NCBI RefSeq assembly: GCF_001194135.2
Contig: NC_069006.1
Coordinates: 1,839,678 to 1,897,760 of the forward strand
Source of the DNA: Octopus bimaculoides
Taxonomy: Eukaryota
Length of the DNA: 58,083 bases
Reading direction: 5' to 3'
Part shown: in pieces, positions 24,527 to 36,844 of the stretch
How the letters are laid out: the number at the start of each line of letters is the position of its first letter
Position numbering within the stretch: position 1 is the stretch's first letter
The notes under the pieces: generated by a model
The model's input: only the letters and a program-made list of their open reading frames with translations
The model's database searches: none
Told to the model about the DNA's origin: nothing
Made by a program: the position numbers and the translations under genes

Positions 24527-25471
24527 CAGAGAGATAGAAACAGATAGATGCAAATATATCTATATATATACATATAGACATTATATATTCACATATATAC
24601 ACATATGTATATTTATATATATATATGTGTGTGTGTGTATATATTTATATATACATATATGCAGATATATATACATATATATGTATATATATATGTATAA
24701 ATATATATATGTATGTATATGTATGTATGTATATATATATATATGTATATGTATGTATATATATATATNNNNNNNNNNNNNNNNNNNNNNNNNNNNNNNN
24801 NNNNNNNNNNNNNNNNNNNNNNNNNNNNNNNNNNNNNNNNNNNNNNNNNNNNNNNNNNNNNNNNNNNNNNNNNNNNNNNNNNNNNNNNNNNNNNNNNNNN
24901 NNNNNNNNNNNNNNNNNNNNNNNNNNNNNNNNNNNNNNNNNNNNNNNNNNNNNNNNNNNNNNNNNNNNNNNNNNNNNNNNNNNNNNNNNNNNNNNNNNNN
25001 NNNNNNNNNNNNNNNNNNNNNNNNNNNNNNNNNNNNNNNNNNNNNNNNNNNNNNNNNNNNNNNNNNNNNNNNNNNNNNNNNNNNNNNNNNNNNNNNNNNN
25101 NNNNNNNNNNNNNNNNNNNNNNNNNNNNNNNNNNNNNNNNNNNNNNNNNNNNNNNNNNNNNNNNNNNAACAATCTTATTTAGAAAATCATTGTCCAAGAC
25201 GAAGATTAATCTTCCATGCCCTGTTGAAGAATCTACCATTAAAAAGACTTTTTGCTTTCATACAAAATTAAATACTTTCAGTTTTGTTTTCCGATATTGC
25301 TTTCTTACTTTCTCTTCTATTCATCAAAGTTTTGTTGATCTCAACACAAGTATGACTAATCTACCTTCAACGCGTTTATTCTATTAAGCTTTATATACCA
25401 ATACCTATACATACACACACGTACACACACACACACACACACATACACACCCATATTTATATTCATACATA

Positions 25472-25541
<70 letters not shown>

Positions 25542-25661
25542 CGCCTTGGTATCCTTTCATTCTTGTATGCATTTCAGCCAAACACCGTGGCTATGCTGCC
25601 GCACCGCCAATATCATCACTTTTTCAGTGGCCACTTTCATGTGGCTGGCTTTTGGAGGTAG

Positions 25662-25932
25662 AAGAGTTTGGTATTGCTGCCCATGTTGGAGTTACAATAC
25701 CCCAAACAGGGCGTTAGTGCACTTTTCCAAGGTTTCTATCCATCTTGTCTAGAGTAAGGGCAAGACACTGCATTAACTTGGGAATCAAAGGCCCATAACC
25801 TGAAAGACCTTCATGCAGCTGGGGGTGGGGTAGATGTTTCCAAGAAGCAACTTGACTTTCCGCTGTTCATCATCTGAAATGAAGCTCCATCATGGCAGGT
25901 AACTCCAACATGGGCAACAATACCAAACTCTG
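25662..25932 (-). mobile_element. Mariner-type internal-deletion derivative (MITE-like, about 270 bp) with 33-bp TIRs
   Basis: AGAGTTTGGTATTGCTGCCCATGTTGGAGTTAC (25663-25695) versus GTAACTCCAACATGGGCAACAATACCAAACTCT (25899-25931), 1 mismatch; right end CTCTG|TA; the interior minus strand reads ISDDEQRKVK...TRWIETLEKCTNA, like a mariner C-terminus. Confidence 0.8.
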
Positions 25933-25979
<47 letters not shown>

Positions 25980-26596
25980 TTATTTAAAAGAGTTCCAACT
26001 CTGTGTTTTATGNNNNNNNNNNNNNNNNNNNNNNNNNNNNNNNNNNNNNNNNNNNNNNNNNNNNNNNNNNNNNNNNNNNNNNNNNNNNNNNNNNNNNNNN
26101 NNNNNNNNNNNNNNNNNNNNNNNNNNNNNNNNNNNNNNNNNNNNNNNNNNNNNNNNNNNNNNNNNNNNNNNNNNNNNNNNNNNNNNNNNNNNNNNNNNNN
26201 NNNNNNNNNNNNNNNNNNNNNNNNNNNNNNNNNNNNNNNNNNNNNNNNNNNNNNNNNNNNNNNNNNNNNNNNNNNNNNNNNNNNNNNNNNNNNNNNNNNN
26301 NNNNNNNNNNNNNNNNNNNNNNNNNNNNNNNNNNNNNNNNNNNNNNNNNNNNNNNNNNNNNNNNNNNNNNNNNNNNNNNNNNNNNNNNNNNNNNNNNNNN
26401 NNNNNNNNNNNNNNNNNNNNNNNNNNNNNNNNNNNNNNNNNNNNNNNNNNNNNNNNNNNNNNNNNNNNNNNNNNNNNNNNNNNNNNNNNNNNNNNNNNNN
26501 NNNNNNNNNNNNNNNNNNNNNNNNNNNNNNNNNNNNNNNNNNNNNNNNNNNNNNNNNNNNNNNNNNNNNNNNNNNNNNNNNNNNNNNNNNNNNNNN

Positions 26597-26634
<38 letters not shown>

Positions 26635-28242
26635 GCACACGCGCGAAGATACGGGAGCGAGACATACAGATAGCGAAATAATGAACGATAGATGCATGGA
26701 TAAATAGACAGACAAACAGAGAGACAAACTAACTGGCTGACAGATATATAGAGAGAAAGAGACAGAGAGAGAGAAAAAGAGAGAGAGAGAAGTCAATTGA
26801 AAGGTAGTTAGATAGATAGATAGATAGTTAGATAGATAGATAGATAGATAGATAACCGTACAGGAATGCAAGCAGTTACGTAAAATATTGTGTGTATAAT
26901 ACAGGTATGTTATACTGTAGTAAACGTATATGATATACATACATGCATACATATAGTCTCTCCCTCTCACACACACACACACACACACGCACACTTCAAA
27001 ACCACACACACAAACACACACACACACTGACGTTCATTGACATTCAGAAACCCATACGCACATACATAGGAACACTCACACATATATATGACCCTGTATG
27101 CATCTGTCTGCTTACGTAAGTTGTGAATGGTCTCAATATTTCCATTGGTACAGAAATACCTGACTATGAATAACCGGCTAATTGGTATTTCTGTACAGAC
27201 CTACTCGAATTCCCCACCATTACTGCCATACAAACACAGACAGAGATAAACACATATGCACACATGTAGATATATAGCTAAACAGATGTACATATATGAA
27301 CATATATATATATATGTATATNNNNNNNNNNNNNNNNNNNNNNNNNNNNNNNNNNNNNNNNNNNNNNNNNNNNNNNNNNNNNNNNNNNNNNNNNNNNNNN
27401 NNNNNNNNNNNNNNNNNNNNNNNNNNNNNNNNNNNNNNNNNNNNNNNNNNNNNNNNNNNNNNNNNNNNNNNNNNNNNNNNNNNNNNNNNNNNNNNNNNNN
27501 NNNNNNNNNNNNNNNNNNNNNNNNNNNNNNNNNNNNNNNNNNNNNNNNNNNNNNNNNNNNNNNNNNNNNNNNNNNNNNNNNNNNNNNNNNNNNNNNNNNN
27601 NNNNNNNNNNNNNNNNNNNNNNNNNNNNNNNNNNNNNNNNNNNNNNNNNNNNNNNNNNNNNNNNNNNNNNNNNNNNNNNNNNNNNNNNNNNNNNNNNNNN
27701 NNNNNNNNNNNNNNNNNNNNNNNNNNNNNNNNNNNNNNNNNNNNNNNNNNNNNNNNNNNNNNNNNNNNNNNNNNNNNNNNNNNNNNNNNNNNNNNNNNNN
27801 NNNNNNNNNNNNNNNNNNNNNNNNNNNNNNNNNNNNNNNNNNNNNNNNNNNNNNNNNNNNNNNNNNNNNNNNNNNNNNNNNNNNNNNNNNNNNNNNNNNN
27901 NNNNNNNNNNNNNNNNNNNNNNNNNNNNNNNNNNNNNNNNNNNNNNNNNNNNNNNNNNNNNNNNNNNNNNNNNNNNNNNNNNNNNNNNNNNNNNNNNNNN
28001 NNNNNNNNNAACCGTTTACCTGTCTCCCTACAACACGTAAATTCTTTTTTCTGCATTTCGTCTCCGAAACCCAGCATTTCAGTAAAACAAATCGATAGAC
28101 TAGGTACCTGTCATTAAAAATGTTAGTACTGTGATTGATTACTTCAACTGAACTTTTCAAATTGGTTGCGCTAGTTAGGCCGCATTCCTATCCCAGAAAC
28201 GAGTAACACAATGAGAGAATATACATACATATACAGATACAT

Positions 28243-29116
28243 AGAGTGCGGTGAATAATTTGTCTAAATCACGTAAAAATGAAAATAACACTGACATCTC
28301 ATTTTAACAGACATATTTACCAAAATTACATAAAAATATCTTTGATTAATAAAGAGTAAATTTACTCAATAAAATCGCCATTTGTTTAGCCATAGCCTCC
28401 AGATGACTTCCGAATATCCTGCAACTCTTCTGGGAGGTCTCCTTGTTTAAGTTGGCGAATGCTGCCATAATCCTTGCCTTCAGTTCACCTTTGGTATTAC
28501 AGGGAGTTTTGTTGGTCTCTCGCTCAACTGCGCTCCACAAATAATAATCAAGGGGGTTGCAGTCGGGGGAGTTATGTGACCAGATGTTAGGGGTTATGTT
28601 GTTACATAAATTGTCTGACAGCCATGACTGGGTCCTCCTGCTTGTGTGGCATAGTGCAGAATCCTGTTGCCAGCATATGGTCTTCAAGTAGCCACCCTCT
28701 GTGACCCAGGGCAGCACTACCTCCTCCAGGCACTTACTGTAGCCCTCCGTGTTGAGTCTGAGGCCGTATGGGAAGATGAGGAGAGGCATAACGTTGCCAT
28801 CACTATTGATCACTCCAAACACCATGATGTTGACTGGATGTTCGATTTTTATGACACTCGGTACTCTGCACTGTCCAGAGACTGACACCCAAACAGTCTG
28901 AAATGTTCGTTTTGGAACTTCCAGCGCGAATGTCAAGCGGTACGGCATGTCGTTTCCAAATTTCTGGCAGAGTGAATTGCGTCATGGTGTTGTTTTTCTC
29001 ACAGACGGTGCCCGACTGACCCTACTATACCTTGTAGTTGACAATTCAAAAAACAAACAATGCACATGCGCGAAATTAGTAATATAAAATCATGACAACT
29101 TATGCATCGCGCTTGT

Positions 29117-29117
<1 letters not shown>
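28243..29117 (-). mobile_element. Tc1/mariner superfamily DD37D (maT) element, internally deleted (about 875 bp) with degenerate TIRs
   Basis: WQQDSALCH...WSHNSPDCNPLDYYLW has 37 residues between the 2nd and 3rd catalytic D; N-terminal HTH start MTQFTLPEIWKRHAV...LGVSLWTVQ at 28985; ends agtgcggtgaataatttgtc (28245-28264) and the reverse complement of gacaacttatgcatcgcgct (29094-29113) match 16/20. Confidence 0.88.
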
Positions 29118-29167
<50 letters not shown>

Positions 29168-29170
<3 letters not shown>

Positions 29171-29730
29171 GGTGTCTCAATAAAATGTATTTGAACTCAG
29201 AACAAAGACAGACGAAATACCGCTAAGCGTTTCGCCCAGCTTGCTAACGTTTCTTATTTCTTTGTTGCCCACAAGGGGCTACACACTGAGGGGACAAACA
29301 AGGACAGACAAAGGGATTAAGTCAATTACATCGATCCCAATGCGTAACTGGCACTTAATTTATCGACCCCGAAAGGATGAAAGGCAAAGTCGACCTCGGC
29401 GGAATTTGAACTCAGAACGTAACGGGAGACGAAATACCGCAAAGCATTTCGCCAGGCGTTCTAACGATTCTGCCAAACCCGCCACCTTACTCATGCTTCT
29501 GATAATGCGACCGAGATGCAAGGCTGCGTTTATTTGAATATGGATTTGTGTACTCATACCCACCAACCGTGAACAGGAAGCATATGAGGGTGCCTGGTAC
29601 TAACAAGCGATGCAGGCCAGTAGAGTGTCGAGAGGAAAATGTAGAGAAGATCAAGAAACCACGTGATTTTGAAAGGTTCGCAGTTGTGAGCCTCGAGTTT
29701 AAAATCAATGAATCTACTATTTGAGACATT
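29168..29730 (+). mobile_element. Probable second Tc1/mariner remnant (TIR stub plus N-terminal HTH) interrupted by SINE A
   Basis: TA|CAGGGTGTCTCAATAAAATGT after a (TA)n run; 29614-29730 translates RPVECREENVEKIKKPRDFERFAVVSLEFKINESTI*DI (cf. GRP...ENVEKV...ELxISxSTVxxI). Confidence 0.45.
29190..29485 (-). mobile_element. SINE family A: one full copy (29258-29485) plus a head fragment (29190-29255)
   Basis: Reverse complement of 7868-8105. Confidence 0.9.
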
Positions 29731-30210
29731 TATTGTAGTGATTCGTTTATCGCAGATTGATTAATTTCTGATTCATTTGTCACGGATGTATTTAACAGTG
29801 TCCTTTCATTTTTTTTAACCAAACTCCTGTAAAAGACGATGGTAGATGGAGTAATTCTTCTCCATACTGACAATTTCTAAAATATAAACTTTAGATCCTG
29901 CTGATGAATGCCAAACATCGGAATTCCGTTAAAATCTGCTAACAATGGACTAAATTAAATATGGCTGCGATTGTTTTTTTCTTTCACGAATAAATATAAA
30001 ATTATTGCTTAGAGTCTGTCTGGTAATTGCACGGTTAGGTGTACGTATGTATCAGTGAGTATATATACGTTCATTTGTCTGTATGTGGGTGTGTGCTTGG
30101 TCTATACATGTATGTATAAATACACACATGCATATATGTATATATTATATATATATATAGGTATATATATATGCATGTGCGCCTGCGTATGCTTGTGTGT
30201 ACGTATATAA

Positions 30211-30294
<84 letters not shown>

Positions 30295-30502
30295 GTGTGT
30301 GTGTGTTTGTTTGTACAAATATATACACATAACTGCATACATATAAACATACATTCATACTCATATATCATCAAGTATATGTATACACACGCATATACGC
30401 AAAGGTACAGGAACACTTTCACACACATGTATATGTGTGTGTTTATGTATGTGTTTATGTATCCATGTATAAATGTATATATTAATGTATGTGTATGTCT
30501 GC

Positions 30503-30576
<74 letters not shown>

Positions 30577-30907
30577 CTCCATCTCTCTATCTGTCTAGCT
30601 AGCTAGTATCAATCTATCTCTCCCCCTATATTGTATGTGTGTGTGNNNNNNNNNNNNNNNNNNNNNNNNNNNNNNNNNNNNNNNNNNNNNNNNNNNNNNN
30701 NNNNNNNNNNNNNNNNNNNNNNNNNNNNNNNNNNNNNNNNNNNNNNNNNNNNNNNNNNNNNNNNNNNNNNNNNNNNNNNNNNNNNNNNNNNNNNNNNNNN
30801 NNNNNNNNNNNNNNNNNNNNNNNNNNNNNNNNNNNNNNNNNNNNNNNNNNNNNNNNNNNNNNNNNNNNNNNNNNNNNNNNNNNNNNNNNNNNNNNNNNNN
30901 NNNNNAA

Positions 30908-30939
<32 letters not shown>

Positions 30940-30959
30940 TTATTTATTTATTTATGTAA

Positions 30960-31002
<43 letters not shown>

Positions 31003-31086
31003 GTTGTTTTTGTGTGTATGTGTTTCTGCACATACCACTGAGCAGATCTGTCCAATCTGCATCCACGATGAACGGGCCAATGGTAA

Positions 31087-31100
31087 CGCCACCTAGCGGC
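31087..31100 (-). promoter_or_regulatory. CTCF-like motif
   Basis: Minus strand GCCGCTAGGTGGCG matches the CTCF core CC(A/G)CNAG(G/A)(T/G)GGC; a CCAAT lies at 31077-31081. Confidence 0.35.
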
Positions 31101-31504
31101 TAACGTTAAATACTGCAAAACGGAATAGAACAGACGGTTTATAAGAATTAAAATGTTTCGTTTCATATCTTGCCAATTTGATAGATTGATTAATTGACTA
31201 CATTATATAAATATCTTTAATTTATTATCGGTGTTGTTGTTCTTCTTCTTGATTGTTTTGTTGGAAAAGGTGGCGCTGATGGCGTTGGCTATGCGTGCGG
31301 TTGTGTTTTTGTTGTTCTTGCTGTGGTCGCAGTTGCCGTTTCCTTGCTTTTGTCGTTGTTCTTGGAGTCGTTGTTGTTAGCTTCAGTAGTGATGATGATG
31401 GTGGTGATGATTGTGATGGCTGGAGTGCTGATTGTGGTGTCGGTGGTGATGGTAGTGGTTTTGTTGATAGAGTTTATAGTGGTTGTTGTCGTGGGTGGTG
31501 GGGT

Positions 31505-31742
31505 GGTGACGGTGGTTGTGGTGATGATGGTGGAAGTTATGGCTGTGGTGGTAGTTGTGGTAACGGTGGTGGTGGTGATGATGGTGGTAGTGGTGATGGT
31601 GGAAGTTATGGTTGTGGTGGTAGTTGTGGTAACGGTGGTTGTGGTGATGATGGTGGTGGTGGTGATGGTGGAAGTTATGGTTGTGGTGGTAGTTGTGGTA
31701 ACGGTGGTTGTGATGATGATGGTGGTGGTGGTGATGGTGGAA
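31505..31742. repeat. Higher-order minisatellite with a 69-bp unit built from GGT/GAT/TGT triplets, running into a gap
   Basis: The unit ggtggttgtggtgatgatggtggtggtggtgatggtggaagttatggttgtggtggtagttgtggtaac occurs in about 3.5 copies (the first is shorter). Confidence 0.9.
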
Positions 31743-33028
31743 NNNNNNNNNNNNNNNNNNNNNNNNNNNNNNNNNNNNNNNNNNNNNNNNNNNNNNNNNN
31801 NNNNNNNNNNNNNNNNNNNNNNNNNNNNNNNNNNNNNNNNNNNNNNNNNNNNNNNNNNNNNNNNNNNNNNNNNNNNNNNNNNNNNNNNNNNNNNNNNNNN
31901 NNNNNNNNNNNNNNNNNNNNNNNNNNNNNNNNNNNNNNNNNNNNNNNNNNNNNNNNNNNNNNNNNNNNNNNNNNNNNNNNNNNNNNNNNNNNNNNNNNNN
32001 NNNNNNNNNNNNNNNNNNNNNNNNNNNNNNNNNNNNNNNNNNNNNNNNNNNNNNNNNNNNNNNNNNNNNNNNNNNNNNNNNNNNNNNNNNNNNNNNNNNN
32101 NNNNNNNNNNNNNNNNNNNNNNNNNNNNNNNNNNNNNNNNNNNNNNNNNNNNNNNNNNNNNNNNNNNNNNNNNNNNNNNNNNNNNNNNNNNNNNNNNNNN
32201 NNNNNNNNNNNNNNNNNNNNNNNNNNNNNNNNNNNNNNNNNNNNNNNNNNNNNNNNNNNNNNNNNNNNNNNNNNNNNNNNNNNNNNNNNNNNNNNNNNNN
32301 NNNNNNNNNNNNNNNNNNNNNNNNNNNNNNNNNNNNNNNNNNNNNNNNNNNNNNNNNNNNNNNNNNNNNNNNNATATATATATATATATAATAAATGGCA
32401 AATGCGCAAAGTTTACATAGTTTTGATATATCTTTAATATATTTTATAAGTGAAAGTGTATTGTGTTTGTCGACCGGCTTCGGTTTCGCTAACCATGACA
32501 TTGAAATTATTGTAATCTTGTATTTTCTCAAGAATATTTTAGTCCATCTTGTATGTAGAAGTTTGTGAGTTTATAAATGAATCATTGAGTAGAAAAATCT
32601 AAGAGGTTGTAATTGGCGGTCGTTATTATTCGGTACAAAATAAATATTAAAAAAATCAAAAGCTAAAGTAGTGAAACGAAATATGTACACTGATGAGTAT
32701 GTGATCATGAATTAAAATATATACTGAGATCAAAGTTGGTTATGTGTTCATATTTAGGGTTGTTTTGTATTTTTCGACAAATGAATTTTCTTTATTTAGA
32801 CTTTGTTGTGTAGAAATTATTTCTTTGCATTTGTAGATGGCGAAAACCGTGAAGTTTCGTTGGATAATCCTTGCACATCTCTCTATGAAAGGAATCTGTC
32901 TGTACTGTGGGAAACGGAACTGTTCTTTATGTATTGTGGTTCTGCGTCTAACTGTCATACTTGTCTGACCTATTATTACCTGAACAAGTTATAACACAAA
33001 TAATATAAATACGCAGACTTACATACAC

Positions 33029-33065
<37 letters not shown>

Positions 33066-33306
33066 NNNNNNNNNNNNNNNNNNNNNNNNNNNNNNNNNNN
33101 NNNNNNNNNNNNNNNNNNNNNNNNNNNNNNNNNNNNNNNNNNNNNNNNNNNNNNNNNNNNNNNNNNNNNNNNNNNNNNNNNNNNNNNNNNNNNNNNNNNN
33201 NNNNNNNNNNNNNNNNNNNNNNNNNNNNNNNNNNNNNNNNNNNNNNNNNNNNNNNNNNNNNNNNNNNNNNNNNNNNNNNNNNNNNNNNNNNNNNNNNNNN
33301 NNNNNN

Positions 33307-33345
<39 letters not shown>

Positions 33346-33559
33346 ATATCTGTATGTTTACTTTATGTATGTCTTGTTTTATGTATATTTTATTTATGCA
33401 TATAGTTGCATACCTAGACATTCTCGTGTGTATATATGTATACATGCTTACATGCATGTATGTATGTATGCATACATGCATGAATGTATTTCTGTATTCA
33501 TGTATGTACGTATGTTTATCTAATCGCTTTGTTGATTCTATGAGCTCCATTGCTTGACT

Positions 33560-33630
33560 CGTACCTCAATTTATCGACACCCAGATGAATGAAAGGTAAA
33601 CATGCCCTCGCCGTGATTGGAGCGAAGAAC
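33560..33630 (-). mobile_element. SINE family A, degraded fragment
   Basis: gtacctcaatttatcgacacccagatgaatgaaaggtaaacatgccctcg. Confidence 0.55.
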
Positions 33631-34189
33631 ATAAAGAAGAGGCTCTCTTCTTTTCTCCCCTTTCTTCTCATTTCCTGCTCTTCTTCTTCTTCTTCTTCTT
33701 CTTCTTCTTCTTCTTCTTCTTCTTCTTCTTCTTCTTCTACTATTACTAATAATAATAATAATAATAATAATAATGATAATAATAATCAGGATAATGATAT
33801 TCAATAATACCACTACAACTTCTCCCTCTCAACTTCTCTTTCATCTCCCCCTTTCTTCTCCTCATTCTTCACCTCACCTCTTGCTTCCGCCCATTTCTGC
33901 CGTTACTCTCGTACTTCCGTCTTGCGTTTCTTTCTTCTTTCGACTTCCACAACTACCCTTCCTTTCATCTCTTCCTTCTCCTCCAGCATCTTTCTCTATC
34001 CTCTCCTGCGTCATCATCGTAGGCCTAACCATCATGGCGTCTATTAACAACAGATACGATGAACCGACGTATCAAAGTAACAGCGTTTCTCTTCAACATC
34101 AAAACCTTTCATCCGTCGCCTTTCATCTCGACTCAATGACAGGCGACAGCGAGGACAAATGTATAATTAATTGCTACACGACAATTTAT

Positions 34190-34362
34190 CATCATCACCA
34201 GCAGCAGCAGCGTCGTCTCCGTCGTCGTCCTCGTTTACGTCATCCATCATCGGCGTAATCACCATCATCATCATCATCATCAATTTCATCATCACCATAA
34301 TCATCATCACCATCATCATCATCATCAACACCATCATCATCATCATCACCATCATCACCCCT

Positions 34363-34402
<40 letters not shown>

Positions 34403-34438
34403 ACTTCATCATCATTATAATCATCATCATCATAATCG

Positions 34439-34477
<39 letters not shown>

Positions 34478-34751
34478 ACGTCATCGCCGATGCCATATCA
34501 GCGATTTTACGCCATATAAATCGGTATCATCACTATCATCAACACCATCATCATCATCATCGTCATCACCGTCATCACCATCGTCATCGTCAGCATCTTC
34601 ATCATCATCCTCGTGGTCATCGTTGTCATCACTATCCTCATCGTCTCCGTAGTCATCATCAACACCACAAATAACGCTGCCGTCATGGTTGACGTCGATA
34701 TTTTTTGTCATGGTCCTCCTCCTCCTCCTCCACCTCCTTCTCCACCTCCTC

Positions 34752-34805
<54 letters not shown>

Positions 34806-34848
34806 TCCTCAGCTTTTTCCCTTCCTCCTCCCCCATTTATCATCATCG

Positions 34849-34880
<32 letters not shown>

Positions 34881-34885
34881 GTCAA
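34190..34885. repeat. Mosaic (CAT)/(CCT)/(CTA) trinucleotide tract
   Basis: Read directly from the sequence. Confidence 0.95.
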
Positions 34886-35914
34886 TGTTTTTCTNNNNNN
34901 NNNNNNNNNNNNNNNNNNNNNNNNNNNNNNNNNNNNNNNNNNNNNNNNNNNNNNNNNNNNNNNNNNNNNNNNNNNNNNNNNNNNNNNNNNNNNNNNNNNN
35001 NNNNNNNNNNNNNNNNNNNNNNNNNNNNNNNNNNNNNNNNNNNNNNNNNNNNNNNNNNNNNNNNNNNNNNNNNNNNNNNNNNNNNNNNNNNNNNNNNNNN
35101 NNNNNNNNNNNNNNNNNNNNNNNNNNNNNNNNNNNNNNNNNNNNNNNNNNNNNNNNNNNNNNNNNNNNNNNNNNNNNNNNNNNNNNNNNNNNNNNNNNNN
35201 NNNNNNNNNNNNNNNNNNNNNNNNNNNNNNNNNNNNNNNNNNNNNNNNNNNNNNNNNNNNNNNNNNNNNNNNNNNNNNNNNNNNNNNNNNNNNNNNNNNN
35301 NNNNNNNNNNNNNNNNNNNNNNNNNNNNNNNNNNNNNNNNNNNNNNNNATATATATATATATATATATATATATATAGCGTTCATAATAATTTTTCTATC
35401 GTCTTGACTCAACAGCCCTCACCGTTTGTTTTTACTGTCTTGTTCTCACTGTCCTGTTCTTGTTAACACTCTCACCCTCCGCAAAAAATTCCAAATTTTA
35501 TTTAATTTGCTTTGGGGAGGACTGTTCCAACGAAGTCGCGTATTGTCCTTGCCTTCGAAGCGCGGAGTAGATGGACAGGGACAACGGACGATGGAGTATA
35601 CTCTTTATGTTGCATGTCTCGTTTCTCTTTGTTTTTTTGTTCGTTGTTCGAAGAAAGTTAGTTTTCTGTTTTCGTTTTTCGTTTCTCATTGTGTTAAACA
35701 TTTTTTTGATGTCCTGTACCCATATATGCATGTATGTATACATATAGATGTAGGTATGTACATATATGTATGGATATATGCATATATCTATATATTTATA
35801 TTATTATTATTATTATTATTATGTATATATATGTATGTATGTATGTATAAATATATATACATATATATATACGTATATATTTATATTTATATCATTGATC
35901 TTTTGTCTTTTATT

Positions 35915-36100
35915 TGTTTCAGGCAATTGATAGAGGCCATGTCTTCAATGCTTTTTAGCAGAACAAATCGACCTAAGGAGTTATTTTTTAAAGCTTAGTA
36001 CTTATTCTACCTGTGTCTTTTGGCGAGCTGCAAAGTTACGGGGACGTAAACATACCGGTTGTCAAGTGGCAGTGGGGGGCGACAAACACAGTCACAGAAG
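35915..36100 (-). mobile_element. SINE family B, degraded 3' half
   Basis: tttgtttcagg...aacaaatcgacc...ttagtacttattctac...aagttacggggacgtaaacataccggttgtcaag. Confidence 0.75.
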
Positions 36101-36209
36101 CATACACACATAGATATATACATACATATGTATCGCCATGATAGATCGCTGACCACTACATTTATATATTTTTTTCTCCTTGTTTTTCTCCTTATTTCTT
36201 TCTGTGTTC

Positions 36210-36244
36210 CTTTCAGTTGAAGAGCGTAGCTCGAAACTTCAAAG
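36210..36244 (+). ncRNA. Degenerate minimal type I hammerhead-like motif (PLE-type terminal repeat remnant)
   Basis: CTTT-CAGTTGA-A-GAGC[GTA]GCTC-GAAA-CTTC-AAAG: stems I and II are intact; the core is 2 changes from CTGANGA and 1 change from GAAACGTC. Confidence 0.45.
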
Positions 36245-36336
36245 ACTTTCTCTATTTCCGAGCGTTAAACTAATACATCCATTTGTTGTTTACACCACCT
36301 GTCTTCGTCTATTGTTTTTTTTTCGTAAATTCTCCC

Positions 36337-36438
<102 letters not shown>

Positions 36439-36454
36439 ATATACATATATACAC

Positions 36455-36487
<33 letters not shown>

Positions 36488-36530
36488 TACACACACATAC
36501 ACACACACATATATGTATATATATATATAT

Positions 36531-36575
36531 ATAGTCCGACGATGGTATCGTGTACCGAAACTTCGAAGTCACTGT
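36531..36575 (+). ncRNA. Topologically complete minimal type I hammerhead-ribozyme-like motif with a CCGA (U4C) core
   Basis: ATAGT-CCGACGA-T-GGTA[TCGTG]TACC-GAA-ACTTCGAAGT-C-ACTGT: 5-bp stem I, 4-bp stem II, palindromic stem III, GUC cleavage triplet; AATAAA at 36593. Confidence 0.65.
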
Positions 36576-36796
36576 CAATGTTATTGTTAAATAATAAATT
36601 TGTATTCTATCAAATGTATTCAGCAATCCTTCAATTTAATGTAAAGTTTTCATTATAGCATAAAATAAACTTTAATATATGAGCGTGTACGTGTGTGTAT
36701 AAATAATTTATATATAAATATATATACATACACACATATATATGTGTGTGAGAGTATACGTCTGCTTACATGTGTGTGTGGTGGGTTTGTATGTGA

Positions 36797-36844
<48 letters not shown>

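Noticed and set aside
32655-32700. CGAAA...CTGATGAGT as a possible type II hammerhead
   Set aside because: Stems I and III cannot form (2 bp or fewer), so it is a chance match.
32837-32990. Acceptor-like tttgtag| followed by short open frames (DGENREVSLDNPC.. / MAKTVKFRW..CLYCGKRNCSLC)
   Set aside because: There is no good donor and no recognisable domain.
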